Assembly: GCA_973895155.1 (NCBI GenBank)
Contig: OZ316898.1
Span: 18,859,292 to 18,923,291 of the forward strand
Source of the DNA: Marsupella aquatica
Taxonomy: Eukaryota; Plantae; Marchantiophyta
Length of the DNA: 64,000 nt
Direction: 5' to 3'
Notes under the pieces: model-generated
Seen by the model: only the letters and a program-made list of their open reading frames with translations
What the model was told of the DNA's origin: nothing
Database searches by the model: none
Program-made: the position numbers and the translations under genes
In this document: one piece after another, positions 24,395 through 35,890 of the stretch
Layout of the letters: each line of letters begins with the position of its first letter
Position numbering within the stretch: the stretch's first letter is position 1

Positions 24395-27300
24395 TTGTCG
24401 TACTTTCAACAGTTCAATTCATCACAAATGAATTGTCCGGAACCAAAATTCAGGAAATCATTCTCAATGGATTTGCTAATTATAATCTCTCGCTCTCCGC
24501 CTGGAGACCTAGTGTCGATCCCTCTCCCAAGTCCTAAGCAACATGATCATATTTCCGAGGAATTTCTTGCCACGAGGTTTGGAATCCTTGGTGTGAGTAT
24601 ACGCAGAATCGTGATCTCAGGATCAGATGTGATTGTTGATGATCATGTCACTAGAGGAGTTTGGCATTGGAGATTGTGCGGTGGTGTGAGGTATGACATT
24701 GTTAGTTTTGGGAAATTTGAGGTACCATCCTTGTCGTCAAAGGATATGATGAAAGTAGATTTGATTGACCTTTCAGATAGTAGTGATGATCAAGACATTT
24801 CAAAGATTCCTGTTCCTCAAAACAATGTGAAAATTGAGGAAATGGATGTGTTGACGAAGGGTGCCAATTTGATTGTCTACCAGAGGAGTGCGCTTGATAC
24901 GATTCTGTAATCAAAAGGTCAGAGTGAGATCTCTAGATTCATGCGAAGGAATGATTACAGATTTGAGCAAGTAACAAGCTTGCCTGGCACGTACAATGGG
25001 AATGTTGTTTTTGAGTTGCCTCCTGTTGTTGGAGTTTGTTCAAAAGGTGAACGTCTTCGAGACATGGATCGGGGAAAAGACTGTTACTATTGGATGCGGA
25101 TTGTCACAACTTCCACAAATATTGTCCCCAAAAAGATGTGGGATTTTGGGAAAGTGTTTTGCACCGGTTCTCTAGAATGTCATAACAATTCATGTAAGTT
25201 CTGGGTCAAACGTGAAAGGAGGAATGCACGGTTTTGGGGGAAAATTCCTAAGCTTTCCGGTCCGCACGTGGTCGGGCAACTCATTCCTGAAGGCGGGATT
25301 GTTTGTCATTACTGTTCGGAGCGTCCATTTTGCGTTGAATCATGTCCAGCCATGATGTTCTACATGTACGCATCTTCCAAAGTTGAAGCGGAATCCGCTA
25401 AGCATATGTCACGTCTTGCTATTCACATGGGATTTCATAATCATCCTAGCAAGCAAGTGTTTTCCAGAGAGGCTGAAAAGGTGGCAAAGATACACTTAGA
25501 GAAAGGTTTGAGTTTGAATCCGCGTGCAACTACTTCGGGTATGAAGAACACAGTCACCGGATCTCTTTTTAAAGCGATGTGTGAGTCATCGGTGAAAGAT
25601 ATGATCCCAATAGAAGAGACTGAGATTTTTGAATCTCTTTAGGTGAGCTCAACCCCTCAAAAATTTGTGAATCTTCTCAGAAGTATCCGGCAAGACCAAA
25701 AAGGAAAAGGGGAACTGGAATTTCTGGTTAGCATGCAAAAGAACATTTCTTTCCCTTTTCTTCAAAGGTTTTTGTTGCTTGGCCAAGGATGCCGAGATGA
25801 AAGTGCGCACATTTTCAAAATGTCCATTAAGGGTTAAGGCTGTGGTCTGGATCTTCTTCGAAGGATGACCTCCGGAGGGCCTCTTGAGGGTGCTTGGGTA
25901 AGTTTTGATGTGATGCATCGAATGACTAAGGATTGGCTTACGTTCAGTGTCCATGTTTATGACCATAACTATCGTGTACTTTGCACGATATTCACTTGCG
26001 AGTTGCGGGCAGAAGATACAAAATCACTTGAGAGGGCTTGGCATCTAATGTTGGAGGTAGCGGCTGAAAATGGTCTTGAGAATGTACACATTCATGGTTT
26101 CATGGCGGACAATGCTCAAGCAGGTTGGAATGCTGTCAGGAATGTGTTCTTTGAGGGAATACCGAATCCTGAACGTGAACGATCAGATGCGTTTCATTTC
26201 TTCCTGTCATTTCGGAGACACTCAATCGAAGGCATTCATGAGGGAAAGCAAGGTGAACATCGTGCCCTTTGGGATAGGTTGCGGGATGCAGAATCGTTTA
26301 TTGAGGCATATCATATTTCGAGAGAAATTGATGCGTGGTGGAGGGCTGGTAATTGTTACCCTGGGAAATTACAAATGTTGCAAGGTTGGATATCTTGGTG
26401 GGTGGTCCGATGGCGCTAATGGGGGAACTTTATCAGATTGGTGAGTTTTCTAAACACTTGTTGGTTAGCGCCTGGCGCTACTCATACTGGTTCTACTATA
26501 CAGGCATTAGTACTATTGAGGGTCTCTAGGCTAGCACCTGGCGCTACTCAAAAAGGTAATACTTGATATCCTGTACGAGCATTCAGGGTTCTATTTTATA
26601 TTTCTTGGCGCTATTGAACTCTCTAAACTTGTTTCCTGCTTTCTACAGAGCAAGAGTGCAGAAGAAGCAACGATGATCCCAAATTGTGGTGGATCCGAGT
26701 CGTCTCACGTGTCGATGATTGCTTGGCAAACCAAGAAGAAGGTTGGCATCTTTGAAGGGTGTGAAACAGATCAGAACATGGCGATATCTCAAATTGCCGC
26801 CTATACGGCTTACAAACAAGGATTGAACAGAGGGAATGGTCCAACTATGTTTGAGTTGGATTTCCGACCTGCTGATCTAGCGGGGTCCCCACGGTTGTTT
26901 GAAGAGGCTTCGAACCTTTTCCTTTCCAATGCGGCTGAATTCGATTTGGAAAGGAGTTCACCTTTGAACGGGGATGTTGTTACACGATCAGTGAAGAGGA
27001 AGGGCCATGCTACTGGAGACGTCTACGCTCAAGACTCCCACAGACACGATACTGTCCTCATTACAACTCCAAACACCCGAGGTTTCAAGCGAAGAAATCT
27101 AAATAGAACTGAATTTTCGCCCATTCGATCTGAACCTCTGGTCCAAGATAGTGAAGTCATCAATCTTACAGAGAGCGATTGTTCCGATAGCCTTAATGAG
27201 CGGATGCCTCCTCCTCCAATGCAAACAAGGTCATCGGTGACTCCAATTACTCCCCCAGCATATGTTGTTCGGGAAGAAACCCCGCCTGTGTTAGAGGCCA

Positions 27301-28151
27301 ATGTTCCTTCTGGATCCTGGCATATTCGTCGAACTTCGAAGCATGGAGCCGGACCTGTTTGCAATGGATCCCTTGGCGGACAAGGAGATCGTGATGAATG
27401 TCGTAATCGATTAAAGAAGGTAGGTTACCGGACGGCAAGTGGAGTTGTTGGTATTGCAGTTTGAGCAGCGCGGCTTTTCAGAGGGGAACCACATCCGGAA
27501 CTGATCTGGTTCTGTCCAAATAATGTTTGTTACAAAAGTCGTCCTCGAAAAGGTGTGGTGAACGTTCCTCCCCCTGTCAATCACCTGCCTGTTGCATTGA
27601 GTACAAATCTTTCCGCAGCGGAGGTCGAGTTTCTGAAGGAGAATGGAATATCAATCGGTGGTGTAGGTCATGGTGTAGAAAATGCACCAATTGGACTCGA
27701 TCTCCGCATTGATGTCAATACTTTCCCTGAAAGAATCAATCTAGTTGAGCCGACAATTCACTGTTTATCTCGAAACGGAAGGACGTGCTTACAGAGAGTG
27801 CATCTAACTAAGTCGCACTATAAGAAGATTGAAGCAGCTGAGAAAGAGGAGATGAAAGTAATATATTCCAGGGATGTTGCAACAGGAAATGGATGGGGCA
27901 AACAATTTTGCGTCCAATCACACATCAATCACCACTCTTTGATTGCCTATTGGGTTCAGATTTGCTGCTTCCCGTGCTGTTCTTGCGAAGATTTTTACCG
28001 TCGTCATGCCCACAGAAAACCTTTCATGCCTTGCAAACATCTGTACTGGATTTATAAAAATGTTCTCAAGCTGGACCGAGAATCCACATTGTCAAGTCAA
28101 CCGATACTCACCGTTGGAGAAATACGTCTATTGTTGGAACGAGAAACTTGA
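24395..28151 (+). pseudogene. Mutator-like transposase: GCM/WRKY-like Zn domain, MULE DDE core, C-terminal SWIM
   Basis: GCM-like segment (FCTGSLEC...C..C...CP...HMGFHNHP); D1 SFDVMH, D2 FMADNAQA, DAFH (C/DxxH), E in PNCGGSESSH; SWIM CSCEDF..PCKHLYWI. One phase-0 intron 26441-26648. In-frame stops at 24908, 25640, 25835, 26417 and 27462 with no frameshift. Confidence 0.85.
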
Positions 28152-28271
28152 GTGGAAACCGTTGGCTATTGTGTGGTTTACGTTCAACCGTGCTTTCTTT
28201 TCTTTGTCGTTATCCAACGGCATTATCAGATAGACATTTTTTAGAATGAGTACGTTACATGTTTTTAATTT

Positions 28272-28560
28272 GGAGTGTCATCATAGGTAGCGCCTGGCGC
28301 TAGTATTATTGACATATTGATTCAGTAATTGTCTAACGAGGGTTTTACACTACCTTGTTTTTATTAGAGTTGGTTTTCCTGTCACATTCGTTATACCCCA
28401 CCAGGAGGTTTTTTGGGAATCATTACATTATATGTTTTTAGTTTCTTAAAGTAGAGTGTCATCAATGGTAGCGCCTGGCGCTAGTATTATTGACAATCGA
28501 TTCAGATCGTGTACTTTTGAGGTTTGGACAATGCCTTGTTTTTATTAAAGTTTGGTTTCG
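28272..28560. repeat. Two related units, period 181 bp, each with one palindrome
   Basis: gagtgtcatca..ggtagcgcctggcgctagtattattgaca at ~28273 and ~28454. Confidence 0.8.
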
Positions 28561-28792
28561 AACGCCGTGATAAGTACTGTGAGTCACTGGAAACATAAAA
28601 TGCAATGGAGGTTTGGGATGGAGTTTTTGTTTGTTTTGTTGGTTACTGTAAATAGGAAGTAAATTTGAAACAGGTATTTCCTGATGTGAGTAAAAACTTT
28701 GCTCATAACAGTTACATTTTCCTGATATGAGAAAAAATTTTGCTCGTAACAGTAAAAAAAACTCCTGTTTCCTGGCACGGTGTAAACCCTCC

Positions 28793-30010
28793 ACTGCTAA
28801 GTGCAGAGTTTAATATGAAGGACTTAGGGCCAACTAAGAGGATTTTGGGTATGGAGCTCGGGGGGTTAACTAAGTGTATATTTTGGGGTACCATGTGCGA
28901 TCCTAGCCTAATATAAATAGACCTATTTTATAAAGAAAATATTCCAAGAATATTCTCTATTTTCAATATTAATAATCTATTTTACTTTATAAAAGGTATA
29001 TATTAGAGAATATTCTATAAACATGAGTTTATAATACCTTCTTTTGTCTCCTACGCTTTTTAAAAATTTAGTTAAGTTCTATGCAAAATACATATTTTGG
29101 ATCGCACGTGGTTCCTAAGATTTTTTATAGTCAACCCCCCGAGGTATAGAGATTACTAGGGACTTGGAGGCTGGTAAGCTATGGTTGACGTAGAGCAATT
29201 ATGCAAGGAAGATAATTGCAAGGTTTAACATGGGGGATAGCAAGCCAGTACGTATCCCGCTGGCTCCACACTTGAAGTTGTCATCAGCTTTCTATCCTAC
29301 GGATGAGACAAAGAAGGGGCTGATGTCAAAGGTTTCTTATGACAAGGCAGTGGGGAGTCTCATGTATTTGATGACTTGCACTAGACCTGATCTTGCCATG
29401 GCTATGGGCAAGGTGAGCAAGTACATGTCAAATCCAAGGAAGGTACACTAGGAAGTAGTGAAGTGGATTTTTGGTACTTGAAGGATACCATGGATCATGG
29501 TCTTTTGTTTGATGCACATGCTGATAATGTGAGATTATTGATGGGTTATGTAGATGTTGACTATGCACAGGATCTGGATTGGAGGAGGTCAACAACTGGG
29601 TATGTGTTCACACTTGGCGGTGGATGCATAAGTTGGAGGTTTACTTTGCAGAAGAGTATTGCTCAGTCTACTACAGAAGCTGAGTATGTTGCAGCTACGG
29701 AAGCAACGAAAGAAGCTATTTGGTTGGATAGACTTATCACTGAGATGGGATTGCCATAGGGGAATGTGAAGCTCCATTGTGATAGTCAGAGTACTCTTCC
29801 CCTTGTTGTGAACCAAGTGATGGATAATAGACTGAAGCACATCGACGTCAGGTATCATTTTATTAGGCAAGGTATATCTGATAATCATTTTGAGCTAGTC
29901 AAGATTGACGATAAACTCAATCTAGCTGACGCTTTTACCAAAGTGGCTCCTTTGGAGAGTTTTTCAAGACACCGTCCTACTTTGTAGGTTTTGCAGTTAA
30001 AGCACAAGTA
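28793..30010 (+). pseudogene. Copia reverse transcriptase C-terminal part and RNase H
   Basis: LLSAEFNMKDLGPTKRILGME, AVGSLMYLMTCTRPDL, GYVDVDYAQDLDWRRSTTGYVF, STTEAEY, LHCDSQS, KHIDVRYHFIR; multiple stops; interrupted by a MITE. Confidence 0.9.
28857..29143. mobile_element. MITE (287 bp) inserted in Copia RT, 8-bp TSD (hAT-like)
   Basis: TIRs ctcggggggttaacta / tagtcaaccccccgag; TSD gtatggag / gtatagag; removal restores ...ILGMEITRD... Confidence 0.85.
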
Positions 30011-30203
30011 GAGCTACTTAGCAGTTTTGTGACTTATTGTATATGGATTCCTCGATCCTGTTAGGCTACGGCTTAATTCTAGTTAACCCATGGTGGTTTT
30101 TAGAGGGAGACCTATTTAGGTGATTGTCTAGAATTTCCCGCTAAGGATACCATATGGTAACAATTAGTCGAGTTCCCAAGACTAGAGTTTGAAAGGGGGG
30201 ATT

Positions 30204-31892
30204 TGTTGAGTATTGCTCTTAGTCTTGTGACTTTAGGACTATGCAATTAGGCTAACTCAGGTTAGAACTTAGCTAAGGTTAGCAGTGATGCATGCTGTAT
30301 ATAACCAGGGCTGCTGCCAACCCCTGGTGGATCTTCAGTTCATTGTTGGAGTGGAGCAAGACGAAATTAAAGGTCTCTTGCTTTCCCATGGATGTAAGTG
30401 GTGGACCTTGCCACCCAACACCCTCCCCAATCCCAACACCCACGCCTAAGTGCCCTTGGTGCCCGAATGCCTCAACGGAATACCTTGAGCAAGCAACCTA
30501 GTGCCCCCGCACCGCTAGCGGCCCCTCCCATACGAAGCCACACCTGCTCTCCAACACGACCGCCACTCAACGGTCCTCACTATCTGCACAAGCAACCAAG
30601 TGTCTCGGTAAGTAACCCTTCAGGATCTAGATCTCCCAAGTCTAGCATTCTATAGCTCCTTCCTTGGGTGCGGCCCGGATTCCCCCTCGTACCTATCCAT
30701 CATCAATTGACCGCCCTACCCTTAGGACATGCTCATGGCCCAAATAGCGTAGCTTGTCCCAAAGCTTGTCCCAGGCTTGTCCCAATACGTTGGGACCAGA
30801 ATGGCCCTGACTCTAGCAATTGACTCTCGGTTCTCGCCCCACTGATGGTCTAGGGGCCAAACACCGTAGGAACTCAACCTCCACGCCTACTTGGCCTTGC
30901 CTTCCCAATGTAAGCTCCCTTGGGAGACTGAACCCGACTTAGCTGCTATTTCGGCAAGATTTGGCAAGCGGGCGAGATAACACCTGCAAACCTCAAGAAC
31001 CCATGGCGCCCCCTAGACCCAGCTGAGCTCAGGAGGACATAGCCCTCCTTGAGAGATTTCCAATGCATCCAAGAAGTCCCCCAACGGACTTCCCGTTGGG
31101 AAGATATCGCCATTTATGTTTGACATTTTCCCTTAGTGCCCCGACCGCCGCGGCTCACGACTTTGGCTTGCCCTTAGCCCCCAGGGAGACACCACTCCCC
31201 TCATATATGCTTCTGGGGACCTGCCACCCCCAGACCAATTTTGGTCCCTAAACTTTTGGACCCCAATCTGGACCCTATCCCGCATGTCTAGGCCCGCCAC
31301 CAACTGGCAACGCCCATATCTTCCTAGTTAGGTGTTTGCAAGCGGAGTGCCTTCTAAGCCCGTTATGATTGGGCCGACCCGCCCTCAGATCTCATCGCCG
31401 CTTGGGGCCCCTGATCGGCCAAACCCGGATTGGGCCATAACTCGCGCCCCAAGCGTCCATTGCCCATGGCGTAAACTCCATTGGCCTTGGGCCCAAGAGG
31501 AGCTCTCACTCAAGCCTTCAGAACTCAAAGTCCGTCCTGGGGTCCGGGCGGTTGACCTTGAGCCTGGCCCTTTTTCCCTTTGACCTGGTCAGCTCTCAAG
31601 TAGTCTAAGTCCTTAGTGTGCGTCACCAACTTGGCGCCTTGCCTTTGCCAGTGCCACGTCTCATTGCCCACAAGTCTCCCCCATGCTAAGTCCTCCCCGG
31701 ATGGCCTATCCGGGCCTGGACCATAAGGGAGCTTGGTGTCGGAGTAAGCAACGCCGGAGCTAAGTGTTAAGGTAGTCGAGTTCCGTGACTATGTAGCCTC
31801 AATTGTGAGGTGAACCACGTATTCGCTGAGTCGACTACTTTGTATGGTGTTTACATGTGCATGGTGTCTCAGGATAAGGATTAGCCCCAACG
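30204..31892 (+). mobile_element. Copia 3' LTR, interrupted by the 30397-31790 insertion
   Basis: PPT gaaagggggga directly upstream; tgttgagtattgctcttagtcttgtgact matches the LTR at 2991; LTR similarity resumes at 31791 (gtagcctc...gaggtgaaccacgta). Confidence 0.75.
30397..31790 (-). mobile_element. 1394-bp solo-LTR-like element with AGT...ACT termini, copy 1
   Basis: Perfect 5-bp TSD atgta (30392-30396 and 31791-31795); homologous over its full length to 32027-33514; orientation tentative. Confidence 0.8.
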
Positions 31893-32026
31893 GAACCCAC
31901 TTTAGTGATACTCCTTCAAGAGCTTTGGGATTGTTCAAAGACATGTTTAGAATTTGTGGCTATCCGGCAACGAGTTTCTTTAGTCCAATGACGTGTGTAC
32001 ATAAATGCCCGTAGGTACTGTTTCTT

Positions 32027-33514
32027 AGTGGTGGACCTTGCCACCCAGCGCCCTCACCAATCCCAGCACTCATGCCTAAGTGCCCCTGGTGCCCGAACAC
32101 CTCCACGGAATACCTCGAGCAAGCAACCTAGTGCCCCTTGCACCGCCAACGGCCCCTCCCATACGAAGCCACACTTGCTCTCCAACACGACCGCTACTCA
32201 ACGGTCCTCATCGTCTGCACAAACAACCAAGCACCTCGGTAAGTAACCCTTCAGGATCTAGAACTCGCCAAGTCTAGCATCTTAACTCAAGCTCAACAGA
32301 CCTTGGTAAATAGGTCAACGATAGGTCCTCCCAATGCCATAAGTCGGAACCAGAACCCATGACCGCTGTTCGTCCAGAACAACTCCTTCCTTGGGCGCGG
32401 CCCGGGTTCCCCCTCGTACCTATTCATCACCAACTGACCGCCCTGACCCCAGGACATGCTCATGGCCCAAATAGCGTAGCTTGTCCTAAAGCTTGTCCCA
32501 ACACGTCGGGACCAGAATGGCCCCGACTCTAGCAACCAACTCTTGGTTTGCCCAACTGATGGTCTAGGGACCAAGCACCCTTTGGAACTTAACCTCCGCG
32601 CCTACTTGGCCTTGCCTCCCCAACGCCAGCTCCCTTGGGAGACTGAACGCGGCTTGGCTACTGTTGAGCAGGATTTGGCAAGCAGGTGAGCTAACACCCA
32701 CAAACCTTGAAAACCCATGGCGCCCCCAGACCCAGCTGAGCTCAGGAGGACGTAGCCCTCCTTGAGAGATTTCCAACGCACCCAAGAAGTCCTCCAACTG
32801 ACTTCCCATTGGGAAGATATTGCCGTTTCCGTTTGACGCTTTCCCTTAGTGTCGCGATCGTCGTGACTCACGACTTTGGCTCGCCCTTGGCCCCCAAGGA
32901 GACACCACTCCCCTTATATATGCTTCTGGAGACCTGCCACCCCCGGACCAAATTTGGTCCCTAAACTTTTGGCCTCCAACTTGGATCCCATAGCACACAT
33001 TGGGCATGCCACCAACTGGCAACGCCCATAACTTTGTCGTTAGGCATCCGCAAGCGGAGTGCCTTAGCCCGTTGAGATCGCGCCGAAGCAGTGCTCATGC
33101 CTAGGCCCTCAGGTCTCATCGCCGCTCGGGGCCCCCGACCGGCCCAACTCGGATCGGGCCATAACTCGCACCCCAAGCGTCCGTTGCCCATGGCATCAAC
33201 TCCATTGGTCTTGGGCCCAAGAGGAGCTCACACTCAACCCCTCAGAACTCAAAGTTCGTCCGGGGGTCCGGACGGTCGACCTTCAGCCCGGCCCCCTTTT
33301 CCCCTTGACCCAACTAGCTCTCGGCTAGTCCAAGTCCTTAGTGTGTGTCACCAGCTTGACTCCTTGCCTTCGCTAGCGGCACGTATTATCGCCCACAAGT
33401 CTCCCCATGCTAAGTCCTCCCCGGGTGGCCTATCCGGGCCTGGACCATAGGGGAGCTCGGCGTCGGAGTAAGCGACGCCAGAGCTAAGTGTTAAGGTAGT
33501 CGAGTTCCGTGACT
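32027..33514 (-). mobile_element. 1488-bp solo-LTR-like element with AGT...ACT termini, copy 2
   Basis: Same ends as copy 1 (agtggtggacc...gttccgtgact); TSD ttctt / ttctc; carries ~95 bp absent from copy 1. Confidence 0.8.
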
Positions 33515-34144
33515 TTCTCTCAATTGGCCTACCTGCGATCGAAACTACTGCAACAAGAAACTTGAATCAATTTGCTTTTCAGCAATTTAGGATCTTGCTA
33601 GGTGTGGATGAGGGCTCATCATCTTGATTTTGCGCTATAGGACATGCACCTCGGGTTGATAGAGGGATTCTCGATTCACAGATAGAGCTCAAGGCCAGTT
33701 GGAAAATTTGTGAGCTGAGCATTTGCTCGGAGGGAAAAGGTAAGCATTACATGGGACAATGAGTTTCCTGCATTGACAAAGGCCACTGTATCTGTTTGGC
33801 AACCATAAGGCACGGTACATCCATCAACAAGATGCTGTTGTTCTGAAGGCTGGTCTCTCTTGATGTCAACGTTCGGCTGGTCCATTGGCTACCACCATAC
33901 AATTTGTATGTCATAGTCCTCTCCTATAGTTTCATTGCAGGGATTGCCGTGAGGCACCAAATATTACGTTTGTGAAGATTCAAAGCAACTGTGTGACATC
34001 TAAGTGAGTTTCAAAGATTTTCAGGGACCTATTGCATTGATCAGCAAGGCTTCAGCTCAAGGGTTGCAATTCACAATCATCTGAATTTGTAAAGTTGAGG
34101 TCAAGGTATTTATCGCTCGAATTGGCTTGTGAACATTCGTGCAG

Positions 34145-34280
34145 CATGGGAGGAGGAAAAGGATCGATCGACTCTGATCTGGACACACACGCATCATGGG
34201 AGGAGGAAAAGGATCGATCGACTCTGATCTGGACACACACGCAACATGGGAGGAGGAAAAGCATGACTCTGCTCTGGACA
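34145..34280. repeat. 50-bp tandem repeat, ~2.7 copies
   Basis: catgggaggaggaaaaggatcgatcgactctgatctggacacacacgca at 34145, 34195 and 34245 (last one partial). Confidence 0.9.
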
Positions 34281-34793
34281 CTAGTGTGTCATTGGCGAGA
34301 GGACTTGCTGACCTAAGTTTCTGAAACTCATGCCCTTCGTAAAACAAGTAGGGACACTAAGACAGGTGTAGAGCTGACCGGGCCAAAAAGTGATCTGCAA
34401 GACATAGTCGTGAATGCCTGGAGCTGAAATATCCCTTATATTAAGCAACCTGGTATAACCAGGTTTTTGCAGTGGACAATGATGGTTTAAAGACATCTTG
34501 GGTGCCATGATATATTTTTTTTGGAAAATGATGGTTTAAAGATATCTTTTTTCTTAAGGACATCTTGGGTGACATGATAATTTTTGTCTCGATAATATCT
34601 TGGGTAACATAACATTTTTTTTAACAACATCTTGGATGACACCACATTTTTTTTTCTTAATGACATTCTACATTTCAGAAAACACAACATTTTTTGTCTT
34701 AATGAGATCTTAGGTTACACTATATCTTATTTTATTTTTTAATAATATCTTGGGCAATCGTCAACTTAAAAAAAGAATAAAAATCTTGCACAA

Positions 34794-35086
34794 CACCACA
34801 TTTTATGGGCAACAATAACATTTTTCTATTCACGATATCTTTGCCAGGGACAAGTATGAGCTACGGTAATGATGATTTAAAAAAAAGAAAAAAAGCTAGA
34901 CAAAAGGAGAATATAGGTACCCGAACCTGTACGGGCCACTACACCACATTTTTTGGGCATCAATAACATTTTCTATTCACGATATCTTTGCCAGCGACAA
35001 GTATAAGCTACGGTAATGATGATTTAAAAAAAAGAAAAAAAAGCTAGACAAAGGAGAATATAAGTACCCCAACCTGTACGGGCCAT
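34794..35086. repeat. ~148-bp tandem duplication
   Basis: caccacatttt...aacctgtacgggcca occurs twice. Confidence 0.85.
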
Positions 35087-35324
35087 ATCCGCCTCGGTGC
35101 GCGCGCCGCGCCGCCTACTACCATCCTCCGCTCGCGCCCTCCGAGTCTCCTGCCTTCACGCCCCGCGCGCTCCACCGATGCAGTAGTAGTAGTGAGAGCA
35201 ATGAAATGTTCTCCAACATGCCCAACATGCCTTCCTGGTCCTCTGTTGGTGCAGCCATCGCTATGCTTCGGGCATTGGCAAGCCCCATCGTTACTCCCAA
35301 CACCTCCTCCAGACATTGTACGCT

Positions 35325-35890
35325 GCGGTTTGGAAGCTGTCGTTGAAAATGAAAGGTAATGGTGCAGGAAACAATGGAAGCGATGGAAGAGCGCTGGGGT
35401 TTGGACGCTGCCTGTCGTTAAACGGAAAGAAATGGCGCAGGAAACGATGGGAGCAACGGAAGAGCGCTGGGGTTTGGAAGCTATCGTTAAACGGAAAGCA
35501 ATGGAGCGCTGGGGTTTGGATGCTGCCTATCGTTAAACGGAAAGAAATGGCGCAGGAAACGATGGGAGCAACGGAAGAGCGCTGGGGTTTGGAAGCTGTC
35601 GTTAAACGGAAAGCAATGGTGCTGGAATCAATGGAAGCAACTGAAGAGCGCCGGGGTTTGGAAGCTGTCGTTTAACGGAAAGCAATGGTGCTGGAATCAA
35701 TGGAAGCAACTGAAGAGCGCCGGGGTTTGGAAGCTATCGTTAAACGGAAAGCAATAGTGCTGGAAACAATGGGAGCAACGGAAGAGCGGGGTTTGGAAGC
35801 TGTCGTTAAACGGAAAGCAATGGTGCAGGAAACAATGGAAGCGATGGAAGGGCGCTGGGGTTTGGAAGCTTTTGCTACACGGAAAGCAAA
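35325..35890 (+). repeat. ~69-bp minisatellite (~9 units) overlapping the 5' end of the ZCCHC8-like gene
   Basis: Repeated ggtttggaagctgtcgttaaacggaaagcaatgg...; reads as LEAVVKRKAMVLESMEATEERRG. Confidence 0.9.

Larger units (their letters stand above)
17340..28792. mobile_element. Mutator-like (MULE) DNA transposon with a divergent accessory gene; left boundary uncertain
   Basis: MULE transposase on +, ParB-MTase gene on -, palindrome confined to 17532-28483; right end ...ggtgtaaaccctcc abuts Copia RT at ~28793; no matching left TIR or TSD found. Confidence 0.7.

Noticed and set aside
2991-31892. One 29-kb Copia element bounded by the LTRs at 2991 and 30204
   Set aside because: The LTRs are visibly diverged with indels and the flanks (gaagg vs gaacc) do not form a clean TSD; same family but probably different insertions.
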